DNA of 64,000 nucleotides from Alphaproteobacteria bacterium (lineage in GTDB: Bacteria; Pseudomonadota; Alphaproteobacteria; Ferrovibrionales; Ferrovibrionaceae). Each line of letters starts with the position of its first letter. Position 1 is the stretch's first letter. Of the stretch, positions 56,302 through 64,000 are shown piece after piece. The stretch covers positions 103,413-167,412 of the forward strand of contig CANJGB010000001.1 in the NCBI GenBank assembly GCA_947473805.1. Reading direction: 5' to 3'. The notes below the pieces were generated by a model. It had not been told where the DNA came from. It saw only the letters and a list, made by a program, of their open reading frames with translations, and ran no database searches. The position numbers and the translations under genes are program-made.

Positions 56302-57474
56302 ATGCGCGAGAACATCGCCGCCACGCCATTTACGGTCGCCGTGCCCGATGCGGTGCTCGACGATCTGAGGGACCGCCTCTCCCGCACCCGGTTCCCGGCC
56401 GAGGAGCCCGGCACCCCCTGGCAATACGGCACCAGCCTGGCCTGGCTGCGCATGGTGGTCGAGCGCTGGCGCACCGGCTACGACTGGCGCACCTGGGAGC
56501 GCAAGCTGAACCGCTTCCCGCACTACCGCGCGCCCGTCGCCGGCCTCGCGTCAGGCCCGCTCGACGTGCACTTCATTCTCGAACGCGGATCGGGTGAGAA
56601 TCCGCTGCCGCTGCTGCTGACCCATGGCTGGCCGGGCTCGGTGGTCGAATTTCTCGACGTCATCGAGCCCCTGGCCCATCCCGAACGCTTCGGCGGCGAT
56701 GTGCGCGACGCCTTCACCGTCGTAGTGCCCAGCCTGCCGGGCTACGGCTTTTCCGCCGCCCCGCCGCAGCCGATCCGCGCGTCCGACGTGCCGGCCATCT
56801 GGACGCATCTGATGGTCGATGTGCTGGGCTGCGACGGTTTCGTCGCCCAGGGCGGCGACTGGGGCGGCATCGTCACCTCGTGGCTCGGCCTCGCACACAC
56901 AAAGAATCTCCGCGCCATCCACCTCAACGGCGCGCCGTTCCGCGCCGCCGTCGATCCGGCCAATCCCGTCACGGCCGAGGAAGCCGCCTGGCAGGAGGCC
57001 GACCGCAAGAAGCGCGACGGCCTCGCCGGCTACCAGATGATCCAGGGCACGCAGCCGCAGACGCTGGCCTATGGCCTGACCGATTCCCCCGCCGGCCTCG
57101 CGGCCTGGATCCTCGAGAAGTTTCACGCCTGGACGGTGCGCCACAGCGCGCACCCGCCGCCGTTCGACCTCGACCACCTGCTGACCAACGTGATGCTGTA
57201 CTGGCTGAACGGCATCAACGCGCCCAGCTGGCTGTATCTCAGCCTGTTCGATCCGACGCTGACCTCGCCGCCGCCGGGGCGGAAGGTGCAGGTGCCGACC
57301 GGTTTCATGCTGTGCCCGAACGACCTCGGCGTGCCGCCGCCGGATTCATGGCTGCGCCGCAGCTACAACATGGTCCACCGCAACGACGCACAGAAAGGCG
57401 GCCACTTCCTCGCCTTCGAACAGCCGCGCCTGTTCGTGAACGAGTTGCGCGACTTCTTCCGCGCCTATCGTTAG
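56302..57474 (+). CDS. epoxide hydrolase (alpha/beta hydrolase with EHN N-terminal domain)
   Basis: FTVAVPDAVLDDLRDRLSRTRFP...WQYGTSLAWL...YDWRTWERKLNRFPHY...LLLTHGWPGSVVEF...GGDWGG. GGGGAGGG lies upstream of the ATG at 56302. Confidence 0.88.
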   Translation: MRENIAATPFTVAVPDAVLDDLRDRLSRTRFPAEEPGTPWQYGTSLAWLRMVVERWRTGYDWRTWERKLNRFPHYRAPVAGLASGPLDVHFILERGSGENPLPLLLTHGWPGSVVEFLDVIEPLAHPERFGGDVRDAFTVVVPSLPGYGFSAAPPQPIRASDVPAIWTHLMVDVLGCDGFVAQGGDWGGIVTSWLGLAHTKNLRAIHLNGAPFRAAVDPANPVTAEEAAWQEADRKKRDGLAGYQMIQGTQPQTLAYGLTDSPAGLAAWILEKFHAWTVRHSAHPPPFDLDHLLTNVMLYWLNGINAPSWLYLSLFDPTLTSPPPGRKVQVPTGFMLCPNDLGVPPPDSWLRRSYNMVHRNDAQKGGHFLAFEQPRLFVNELRDFFRAYR

Positions 57475-58199
57475 GTGTTCGCCAGCAGGCGCAATTGCCG
57501 CGCGCGGCGCGCCATGATCTCGGCCTTCACGCGCACGCACAGCAGCGCGATGTAATAGGCGGTGAAGCCCAAAGCCATCAGCAGCAGCGGCCACAGAATC
57601 GACGCCGCGATCTTCGGTCCCGCCATGGTCACCACGCTGGCCGGCTGGTGCAGCGTGTTCCACCAGTCGACCGAGAACTTGATGATCGGAATGTTGACCG
57701 CACCGACCAGCGCCAGGATCGCCGCCGCGCGGCCCGCCTTTGCCGGGTCGTCGAACGCCTGCCACAGCGCGATGTAGCCGAGGTACAGGAAGAACAGGAT
57801 CAGCACCGAGGTCAGGCGCGCGTCCCACACCCACCACGTGCCCCACATCGGCTGGCCCCACAGCGACCCGGTGACAAGGCAGAGCGCGGTGAAACCCGCG
57901 CCGACCGGCGCCGACGCCTTGGCGACCAGGTCGGCCACCGGATGCTTCCAGATCAACGCGGTCGCGCTCGCCACCGCCATGCAGCCATAGATGAACATCG
58001 CCATCCAGGCCGACGGCACATGCACATACATGATGCGCACGGTGTTGCCCTGCTGGTAGTCGGGCGGCGAGAACAGCAGGCCCCACACGAGGCCGACCCC
58101 AATGCCCAGCAGCGCCACCGCGAACGCCCAGGGGCGAATCGCATCGGCCAGTTTCAGGAACCGGGTCGGGTTCGCAAAGCGGTGCAGCATGTTGGTCAT
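57471..58199 (-). CDS. ccmC: heme ABC exporter permease / heme handling protein CcmC
   Basis: IMYVHVPSAWMAMFIY and the WGTWWVWDARLTS tryptophan-rich motif. Confidence 0.96.
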   Translation of the reverse strand: MTNMLHRFANPTRFLKLADAIRPWAFAVALLGIGVGLVWGLLFSPPDYQQGNTVRIMYVHVPSAWMAMFIYGCMAVASATALIWKHPVADLVAKASAPVGAGFTALCLVTGSLWGQPMWGTWWVWDARLTSVLILFFLYLGYIALWQAFDDPAKAGRAAAILALVGAVNIPIIKFSVDWWNTLHQPASVVTMAGPKIAASILWPLLLMALGFTAYYIALLCVRVKAEIMARRARQLRLLANT

Positions 58200-58229
58200 T
58201 CTAGTGGATGAACATTTCTGATGGCGCGC

Positions 58230-58895
58230 CTATTCCGCCGCCAGTTTCAGCGCCGCCGCCGAGGCCAGCGGCGCCAGGACCAGCGCCAGCATGCTGAGCG
58301 CGGCGAGGATCAGCAGATAGGCATTGGCGCCAAGGCCGGTACTTGCTGCCTCCACCGCGCCGGCGCCGAAGATCAGCGTCGGGATGAACAGCGGCAGGAC
58401 CAGCAGCGACAGCAACACGCCGCCGCGCCTTATGCCCACCGTCAGCGCCGCACCGATACTGCCGATCAGGCTCAACGCCGGCGTGCCCAGCAGCATCGCC
58501 GCCAGCAGCGTCGGTGTGGCGTGCGCGTCCATGTTCATCAGCAGCGCCAATACGGGCGCGATGATCGCCAGCGGCAATCCCGTCACCAGCCAGTGCGCCA
58601 GGCATTTCGCCAGCACCAGCAGTGACGGCGGCAGCGGCGACAACAGCAGCAAATCAAGGCTGCCATCCTCGTAGTCCGCCTGGAACAGCCGGTCCAGCGA
58701 CAGCATCGCCGCCAGCAAGGCCGCGACCCAGATCACCCCGCCGCCGATCCGCGCCAGCACCTGTGATTCCGGCCCAACGCCCAGCGGGAACAGTGTCACC
58801 GCCAGCACGAAGAACAGGGCCGCCATGGTTGCCGCGCCGCCTTGCGCGAATGCCAGCCGCAGGTCGCGCCGCACGACGGCGATGAAGGCGTTCAT
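58230..58895 (-). CDS. ccmB: heme exporter protein CcmB
   Basis: VVRRDLRLAFAQGG...LFFVLAVTLFPLGVGP...DRLFQADYEDGSLDLLLLSP. The ATG at 58895 overlaps the ccmA stop. Confidence 0.93.
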   Translation of the reverse strand: MNAFIAVVRRDLRLAFAQGGAATMAALFFVLAVTLFPLGVGPESQVLARIGGGVIWVAALLAAMLSLDRLFQADYEDGSLDLLLLSPLPPSLLVLAKCLAHWLVTGLPLAIIAPVLALLMNMDAHATPTLLAAMLLGTPALSLIGSIGAALTVGIRRGGVLLSLLVLPLFIPTLIFGAGAVEAASTGLGANAYLLILAALSMLALVLAPLASAAALKLAAE

Positions 58896-59488
58896 GCGCC
58901 AAGCTCCAGCGTCGCCGCCGTGCCAAAACCCAGATCCGTATGTGTCGCCGCCATGACCATGCCGCCGCGCGCGCGATGCTCGGCCACCACACCGGCCAGC
59001 AGCGTTACCGCTGCCGCATCCAGCGCCGTGGTCGGCTCGTCCAGCAACCACAGCGTGGCGGGTGAGACCAAGAGGCGCGCAAGGTTCGCGCGCCGCTTCT
59101 GCCCGGCGGAGAGATAGCGTCCCGGCACATCGGCCAGCGCGGCCAGTCCGAACCGGTCCAATGCGGCATCGACAGCGCCGCCATGCAGCGCCGCCCAGAA
59201 CGCCACGTTCTCGCGCAGGCTCAAAGCCGGCTTCACCGCATCCAGGTGGCCGACATAGGCCAGCCGTGCGCGATGCTCGTCGTCATCCACCGCAACGCCG
59301 TCCCAGGTCAGCTGCCCCTCGGCCGGCGCGATGAATCCGGCACACAGCCGCAGCAGGGATGATTTGCCGGTCCCGTTCGGCCCGCGCAGCACCAGGGCGC
59401 CGCCGGCCTCGACGCGAAACGACAGCGCGCGGAACACCATCCGCTCGCCACGCACGCAGGTCAGGTTCTCGGCCCCGAACGTCCCCAT
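58892..59488 (-). CDS. ccmA: heme ABC exporter ATP-binding protein CcmA
   Basis: GPNGTGKSSLLR (Walker A), LSAGQKRRANLARL (signature) and LWLLDEPT (Walker B). Confidence 0.95.
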   Translation of the reverse strand: MGTFGAENLTCVRGERMVFRALSFRVEAGGALVLRGPNGTGKSSLLRLCAGFIAPAEGQLTWDGVAVDDDEHRARLAYVGHLDAVKPALSLRENVAFWAALHGGAVDAALDRFGLAALADVPGRYLSAGQKRRANLARLLVSPATLWLLDEPTTALDAAAVTLLAGVVAEHRARGGMVMAATHTDLGFGTAATLELGA

Positions 59489-59533
59489 GGGCGGCAGGCA
59501 TAGCAGGGTTTCGTCCGGTCCGGCTGAAAGAAC

Positions 59534-59563
59534 TTGACAAGAACAGGTTATTATACCTATAAT
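59534..59563 (+). promoter_or_regulatory. consensus sigma70-type promoter TTGACA-N18-TATAAT
   Basis: TTGACA at 59534-59539 and TATAAT at 59558-59563, with an AT-rich spacer. The -10 element is 31 nt upstream of the ATG at 59594. Confidence 0.55.
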
Positions 59564-59593
59564 ATGTCTTTAAACCCTCATCGGGAAAATGCC

Positions 59594-60298
59594 ATGCCCC
59601 AGCCCGGCCCCCAATCCGGCGACGAATCCGAGTTCGACCGCATCGTCCGCGAACTGCACGACGAGGCGCGGCGCGAGGAGGCGCACAAGAACGGCGACCA
59701 CATCATCCCCAACGGACTGGCCGGCGAATGGGCGCAGCGTTACGACCCGCTGGCCGAGGACGAACCGCCGCCAGGCTCCGTTCCCGGTGGCCGGTTCCGC
59801 CGCCGCTACGACTGGCGCAAGGCGGCCGAACTGCTGGCCGACGGTGTCGACTGGCGCCAGGCCTGCGCCGCCATCGGCTGCCGCCACAAGGCGATGCAGC
59901 GCATGTTGCGTCACTCCACCCAGTTCCGCCGCATGCTGGAGGAGGAGCGCCGCCTGCGGGCCGAGGCGCTGGAGCGCCGCCTCGAAATGATGCTGCTCAA
60001 GATCCCGTTCCTGATCGAGAAGCAGGTCAATGCCGGCGACAAGCAGACCATCCGTTGGCTGTTCCGCCGACTGCTCAGCAACCAGCCCAATCACGTCGCC
60101 CACGCCTTTGCCGAAAGCCGGCCCGAGAAGCGCGAGGCCGAACTGGCCGAACACGCGTCCCGCCGTATCAATCGCGCATCGACCGAGCGGATCGTGCGTC
60201 AGGTCGCCCAGGCCCTGCCGCGTCCCGACCCAAGCCTGCGCATGCCCGCGCATGAGGTGCGCCAGCCTGCGCGGATAGCACTGGATAAGGACCAGTAA
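59594..60298 (+). CDS. hypothetical protein with a possible helix-turn-helix segment and an Arg/Glu-rich helical region
   Basis: 234 aa from the ATG at 59594. YDWRKAAELLADGVDWRQACAAIGCRHKAMQRMLRHS looks HTH-like. No family recognised. Confidence 0.6.
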   Translation: MPQPGPQSGDESEFDRIVRELHDEARREEAHKNGDHIIPNGLAGEWAQRYDPLAEDEPPPGSVPGGRFRRRYDWRKAAELLADGVDWRQACAAIGCRHKAMQRMLRHSTQFRRMLEEERRLRAEALERRLEMMLLKIPFLIEKQVNAGDKQTIRWLFRRLLSNQPNHVAHAFAESRPEKREAELAEHASRRINRASTERIVRQVAQALPRPDPSLRMPAHEVRQPARIALDKDQ

Positions 60299-60333
60299 GC
60301 TCCAATAAGGACTGATAAGGACCAATAAGCTCC
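60285..60333. repeat. local tandem repeat: ATAAGGAC x3 and a 19-mer x2 (ATAAGGACCAGTAAGCTCC / ATAAGGACCAATAAGCTCC)
   Basis: The first copy contains the last codons and the TAA stop of ORF 59594-60298. The second 19-mer lies 30 nt downstream, 18/19 identical. Confidence 0.7.
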
Positions 60334-60440
60334 CGGTTTCGCTGCGGCCTGAACGAAATCAACGGCTTGTCGCCAGGACGTGCATTTTTTTCTCCGCTCG
60401 GGGTATCATCCCGCACGCTTCAGGAAGAGAGACACCGCCC

Positions 60441-60644
60441 ATGTCCATGCCCGGAAATCCCAACGTCATGCCGCCGCCGGAAGTCGTCACCGTCGAGACC
60501 GACCGGGTCGCCTGCGATGGCGGTGGCGGCGCGCTGGGCCATCCGCGCGTCTATCTCAGCGTCGGCGCCAACGGCCAGGTCGATTGCCCCTATTGCGACC
60601 GCCGCTTCGTCCTCAAGGCCGGCGCCCACGCCGCTGCCCATTGA
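60441..60644 (+). CDS. zinc-finger domain protein (CHCC type, NDUFS6-like)
   Basis: 67 aa. VACDGGGGALGHPRVYL...VDCPYCDRRF. Confidence 0.8.
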   Translation: MSMPGNPNVMPPPEVVTVETDRVACDGGGGALGHPRVYLSVGANGQVDCPYCDRRFVLKAGAHAAAH

Positions 60645-60671
60645 TTTTCCGCCTCATCTAGGCGGACCCCT

Positions 60672-63476
60672 ATGACGACCGCTCCGCGCCAGCGCCTGTA
60701 TCTGATCGACGGGTCCGGCTACATCTTCCGCGCCTATCACGCGCTGCCGCCGCTGACGCGCAAGCGCGACGGCCTGCCGATCGGCGCGGTCTCCGGCTTC
60801 TGCAACATCCTGAACCGCTTCCTGGAGGAGGCGCAGGTCGATGGCGCGCTGTCGCATCTCGCCGTCATCTTCGACACCGCGCGGCTCACTTTCCGCAGCA
60901 CGATCTACCCGGAATACAAGGCGCACCGCCCGCCGCCGCCCGAGGATCTGGTGCCCCAGTTTCCGCTGACGCGCGAGGCCGTCACCGCCTTCAACGTCGC
61001 CTATATCGAGAAAGAGGGCTTCGAGGCCGACGACATCATCGCGACTTTGGCCTGCCAGGGCGCGGATGCCGGCATCGAGGTCGTCATCGTCTCGTCCGAC
61101 AAGGACCTGATGCAACTGGTGCGGCCCGGCATCTCGATGTTCGATCCGGTGAAGCAGAAGCCGATTAACGAGGCCGAGGTGCGCGAGAAATTCGGCGTCG
61201 GCCCCGACAAGGTCATCGACATCCAGTCGCTGGCCGGCGATTCCACCGACAATGTGCCCGGCGTTCCCGGCATCGGCATCAAGACCGCCGCCGAACTGAT
61301 CAACACTTACGGCGATCTCGACACGCTGCTCGCGCGTGCGGGCGAGATCAAGCAGCCGAAGCGCCGCGAAAGCCTGATCGCCAATGCCGACAAGGCGCGC
61401 ATCAGCCGCCAGCTCGTCACTCTCGACACCAAGGTGCCGCTCGAGGGCACGCTCGACGACCTGCGGGTGAAGCCGCTCGACCGCGACAAGCTGTACGCCT
61501 TCCTCGACGACATGGAGTTTCGCGGGCTGAAGGTCCGCGTGCAAAGCCGCCTCGGTGCCGCGGGGCGTGGCGGCGACACCGACGTTGCCGTCCATCCGCA
61601 TCCTGAGGCTGCCGCCACGCCGGCCACGCCCGCGGCGCCGGCCGAGGCCAGGTACGAACTGGTGCAGGACGAAGACGCGCTCATGCGCTGGGTGGCCGAG
61701 GCCACGCGCACCGGCCTCGTCGCCGTCGATACCGAAACCACGTCGCTCGACGCCATGCGGGCGCAGCTGTGCGGCGTGTCGCTGGCCACCGCGCCCGGCC
61801 GCGCCTGCTACATCCCCGTGGCCCACAAGGGCACCGGCGGCGGCGGTCTCGACTTCGTCGGCGACGCGCCGAAGCAGATCCCGTTGCAGCGCGCGCTCGA
61901 CATTCTGAAACCCATGCTGGCCGATCCCGCCATCCTCAAGGTCGGCCAGAACATCAAGTACGACATGGTCGTGCTGGGCCGCCTCGGAGTCACGGTGTTT
62001 CCTATCGACGACACCATGCTGATGTCGGCGGTGCTGGATGGCGGCCTCGGCAGCCACGGCATGGACGCGCTGGCCGAGAAGCATCTCAACCACACCACGA
62101 TCAAATATGCCGACGTCACCGGCACCGGCAAGGCGCAGGTCACCTTCGATTGCGTGCCGCTCGACAAGGCGCTCGCCTATGCGGCCGAGGATGCCGACGT
62201 GACGCTGCGCCTGCACGGTGTGCTGAAGCCGCGCCTGGTGCCGAACCGCGTGGTCACACTGTACGAAACAGCCGAGCGCCCGCTGGCCGCCGTGGTCACG
62301 GCGATGGAGACCGACGGCATCAAGGTCGATGTGGTCGAACTCGCGCGCCTCTCCGCCGATTTCGCCGGCCGCATGGCGGAACTGGAAAAGACCGTGCACA
62401 AGCTGGCCGGCGAACCGTTCAATCTCGGCTCGCCCAAGCAGCTCGGCGAAGTGCTGTTCGACAAGATGGGCCTGCCCGGCGGCAAGAAGGGCAAGACAGG
62501 CGCCTACGCCACCGGCGCCGATATTCTCGAGGACCTTGCCGCACAGGGGCACGACCTGCCCAAGCGTCTGCTGGAATGGCGTCAGCTGGCCAAGCTGAAA
62601 AGCACCTACACGGATTCACTGCAGCAGCAGATCAATCCCGCGACCCATCGCGTGCACACCAGCTACGCACTGGCGGCAACGACGACAGGCCGTCTCTCAT
62701 CGACCGATCCGAACCTGCAGAACATTCCGATCCGCACCGAGGAGGGCCGCCGCATCCGCCGCGCCTTCGTGGCCGAGCCCGGCAATGTCCTGCTCTCCGC
62801 CGACTATTCGCAGATCGAGCTGCGCCTGCTGGCCCACATCGCCGGCATCGATGCGCTGAAACAGGCGTTCAAGACCGGCATCGACATTCACGCGCTGACC
62901 GCCAGCCAGGTGTTCAACGTGCCGGTCGAGGGCATGGACCCCATGGTCCGGCGCAGCGCCAAGGCGATCAACTTCGGCATCATCTATGGCATGAGCGCGT
63001 TCGGCCTGGCGCAGCAGCTCGGCATTCCGCAGGGCGAGGCGAAGCGCTACATCGACGCTTATTTCGAACGCTATCCCGGCATCCGCGACTACATGGCCGC
63101 GACGCGCAAGCAGGCGCATGACCAGGGCTTTGTCACCACCATTTACGGCCGCCGCTGCCACGTGCCCGACATCAATTCCAAGAACCCGGCCATGCGCGCG
63201 TTCCAGGAGCGCGCGGCGATCAATGCGCCCATCCAGGGTTCCGCCGCCGACATCGTGAAGCGCGCGATGGTGAAACTGCCCGGCGCACTGGCCGAGGCGA
63301 AGCTCGGCGCGCGGATGCTGCTCCAGGTCCATGACGAACTGGTGTTCGAGGTGCCGGCCGCCGAGGCCGAGCTGACCGCCGTGCTGGTCAAGGACGTCAT
63401 GCAGCGCGCCGCCGACCTGTCGGTGCCGCTGGTGGTCGAGGCCGGAATCGGCCCGAACTGGGGCGAGGCGCACTAG
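60672..63476 (+). CDS. polA: DNA polymerase I
   Basis: 5' nuclease N-terminus (LIDGSGYIFRAYHA), 3'-5' exonuclease (VAVDTETTSLD), and polymerase motifs (DYSQIELRLLAH, RRSAKAINFGIIYG, QVHDELVFE). Confidence 0.98.
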   Translation: MTTAPRQRLYLIDGSGYIFRAYHALPPLTRKRDGLPIGAVSGFCNILNRFLEEAQVDGALSHLAVIFDTARLTFRSTIYPEYKAHRPPPPEDLVPQFPLTREAVTAFNVAYIEKEGFEADDIIATLACQGADAGIEVVIVSSDKDLMQLVRPGISMFDPVKQKPINEAEVREKFGVGPDKVIDIQSLAGDSTDNVPGVPGIGIKTAAELINTYGDLDTLLARAGEIKQPKRRESLIANADKARISRQLVTLDTKVPLEGTLDDLRVKPLDRDKLYAFLDDMEFRGLKVRVQSRLGAAGRGGDTDVAVHPHPEAAATPATPAAPAEARYELVQDEDALMRWVAEATRTGLVAVDTETTSLDAMRAQLCGVSLATAPGRACYIPVAHKGTGGGGLDFVGDAPKQIPLQRALDILKPMLADPAILKVGQNIKYDMVVLGRLGVTVFPIDDTMLMSAVLDGGLGSHGMDALAEKHLNHTTIKYADVTGTGKAQVTFDCVPLDKALAYAAEDADVTLRLHGVLKPRLVPNRVVTLYETAERPLAAVVTAMETDGIKVDVVELARLSADFAGRMAELEKTVHKLAGEPFNLGSPKQLGEVLFDKMGLPGGKKGKTGAYATGADILEDLAAQGHDLPKRLLEWRQLAKLKSTYTDSLQQQINPATHRVHTSYALAATTTGRLSSTDPNLQNIPIRTEEGRRIRRAFVAEPGNVLLSADYSQIELRLLAHIAGIDALKQAFKTGIDIHALTASQVFNVPVEGMDPMVRRSAKAINFGIIYGMSAFGLAQQLGIPQGEAKRYIDAYFERYPGIRDYMAATRKQAHDQGFVTTIYGRRCHVPDINSKNPAMRAFQERAAINAPIQGSAADIVKRAMVKLPGALAEAKLGARMLLQVHDELVFEVPAAEAELTAVLVKDVMQRAADLSVPLVVEAGIGPNWGEAH

Positions 63477-63539
63477 GTTCGATCGTCCTCCGTATTAGCC
63501 CTGACTTGACAATTGGTCGCAGGTCCGGTTTATCGTTCC

Positions 63540-63554
63540 TGACAATCATTCTCA
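63540..63554. promoter_or_regulatory. candidate iron-responsive operator TGACAATCATTCTCA (TGA-N9-TCA, Fur-box-like)
   Basis: Sits 16 nt upstream of the ATG of the Fe(3+) binding-protein gene. A second TTGACAATT lies at 63506-63514. Confidence 0.35.
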
Positions 63555-63569
63555 GTCAGGGAGACTTCC

Positions 63570-64000
63570 ATGTCACGCCTCGCTTCCATGCTCGCCACCG
63601 GCGCGCTGGTTCTCGGCTTCGCCGCCGCCGCCTCGGCGCAGGAAGTGAACGTCTATAATGGCCGCCACTACAGCACCGATACCGAGCTGTGGACCGGCTT
63701 CACCAAGGCGACGGGCATCAAGGTCAACGTCATCGAGGGGGATGCCGACCAGCTGATCCAGCGCATCAAGAGCGAGGGGAGCAACTCGCCCGCCGACGTG
63801 CTGATCACCGTCGATGCCGGCCGTCTCGGCTTCGCCGCGCGCGAGGGCATCTTCCAGCCGGTCAGGAGTGCGGGCATCGACGCCATCGTCCCGGCCAGTC
63901 TGCGTGACCCCGACGGGCTGTGGACCGGCATCGCCACCCGCGCCCGCGTCATTGTGTTCGCCAAGGACCGCGTGAAGCCCGGCGAGCTCTCGACCTACGA
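63570..64000 (+). CDS. Fe(3+) ABC transporter substrate-binding protein (FbpA/AfuA-like), 3' end outside window
   Basis: Hand-translated as MSRLASMLATGALVLGFAAAASAQEVNVYNGRHYSTDTELWTGFTKATGIKVNVIEG...ADVLITVDAGRL. The frame is open to the window edge. Confidence 0.85.
   Translation, partial: MSRLASMLATGALVLGFAAAASAQEVNVYNGRHYSTDTELWTGFTKATGIKVNVIEGDADQLIQRIKSEGSNSPADVLITVDAGRLGFAAREGIFQPVRSAGIDAIVPASLRDPDGLWTGIATRARVIVFAKDRVKPGELSTY

Noticed and set aside
60284-60292. CTGGATAAG as a DnaA box (TGTGGATAA)
   Set aside because: Only 6/9 positions match, and there is no cluster of boxes or origin-like context (no dnaA, hemE or parAB). The repeat is better explained by local tandem duplication.

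Overview
High-GC chromosomal segment; spot counts give about 62-63% G+C in housekeeping genes. Gene content looks alphaproteobacterial, which is an inference. Most of the window is core metabolism and housekeeping:
- 1-9170: an acyl-CoA catabolic cluster with ligase, class II aldolase, acyl-CoA dehydrogenase, GntR regulator, double hot-dog hydratase, nitronate monooxygenase, Bug/TctC binding protein, two enoyl-CoA hydratases and a thioesterase.
- 9173-13856: GST with an HxlR regulator, phaZ, an MFS pump and cobS.
- 13860-16842: a copper-handling cluster (PCuAC, CopCD, YcnI, DUF2946-like).
- 16931-21585: patatin and sdhCDAB.
- 23949-33652: a malyl/mesaconyl-CoA type lyase and hydratase pair, a stand-alone six-TM ABC membrane protein, pyridoxal kinase, asd, HU, PilZ and neighbouring genes.
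- 34797-41516: leuBDC followed by rplS-trmD-rimM-rpsP-ffh.
- 41844-49084: tauD-like dioxygenase, dapF-mtaB-ftsY, a short cytochrome bd (CIO-like) oxidase and yciB.
- 50742-59488: a complete ccmABC/DEFGHI set.
- 60441-64000: a CHCC zinc-finger protein, polA and the 5' part of an Fe(3+) binding-protein gene.

I found no rRNA, tRNA, CRISPR array, transposase or integrase by eye.

The places that look unusual:
1. An AT-richer three-ORF islet of tandem paralogous unknown proteins (21776-23948) between sdhC and the mch/ABC-6TM genes. One paralog is split at an A6/ATGA junction.
2. A roughly 1 kb AT-richer single-gene insertion downstream of leuB. It is bracketed by a 52/58 direct repeat of the leuB 3' end, and the inserted methyltransferase-like frame carries an in-frame TAG.
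3. An epoxide hydrolase gene embedded antisense between ccmC and ccmD.
4. A 19-bp inverted repeat that includes both start codons of a divergent gene pair (16840-16933).
5. A three-hairpin candidate sRNA or leader (49433-49542).
6. A shared ATAG-N13-CTAT box in two divergent promoter regions of the acyl-CoA cluster.

All family assignments rest on motif recognition in the translated ORFs. No database search was possible.
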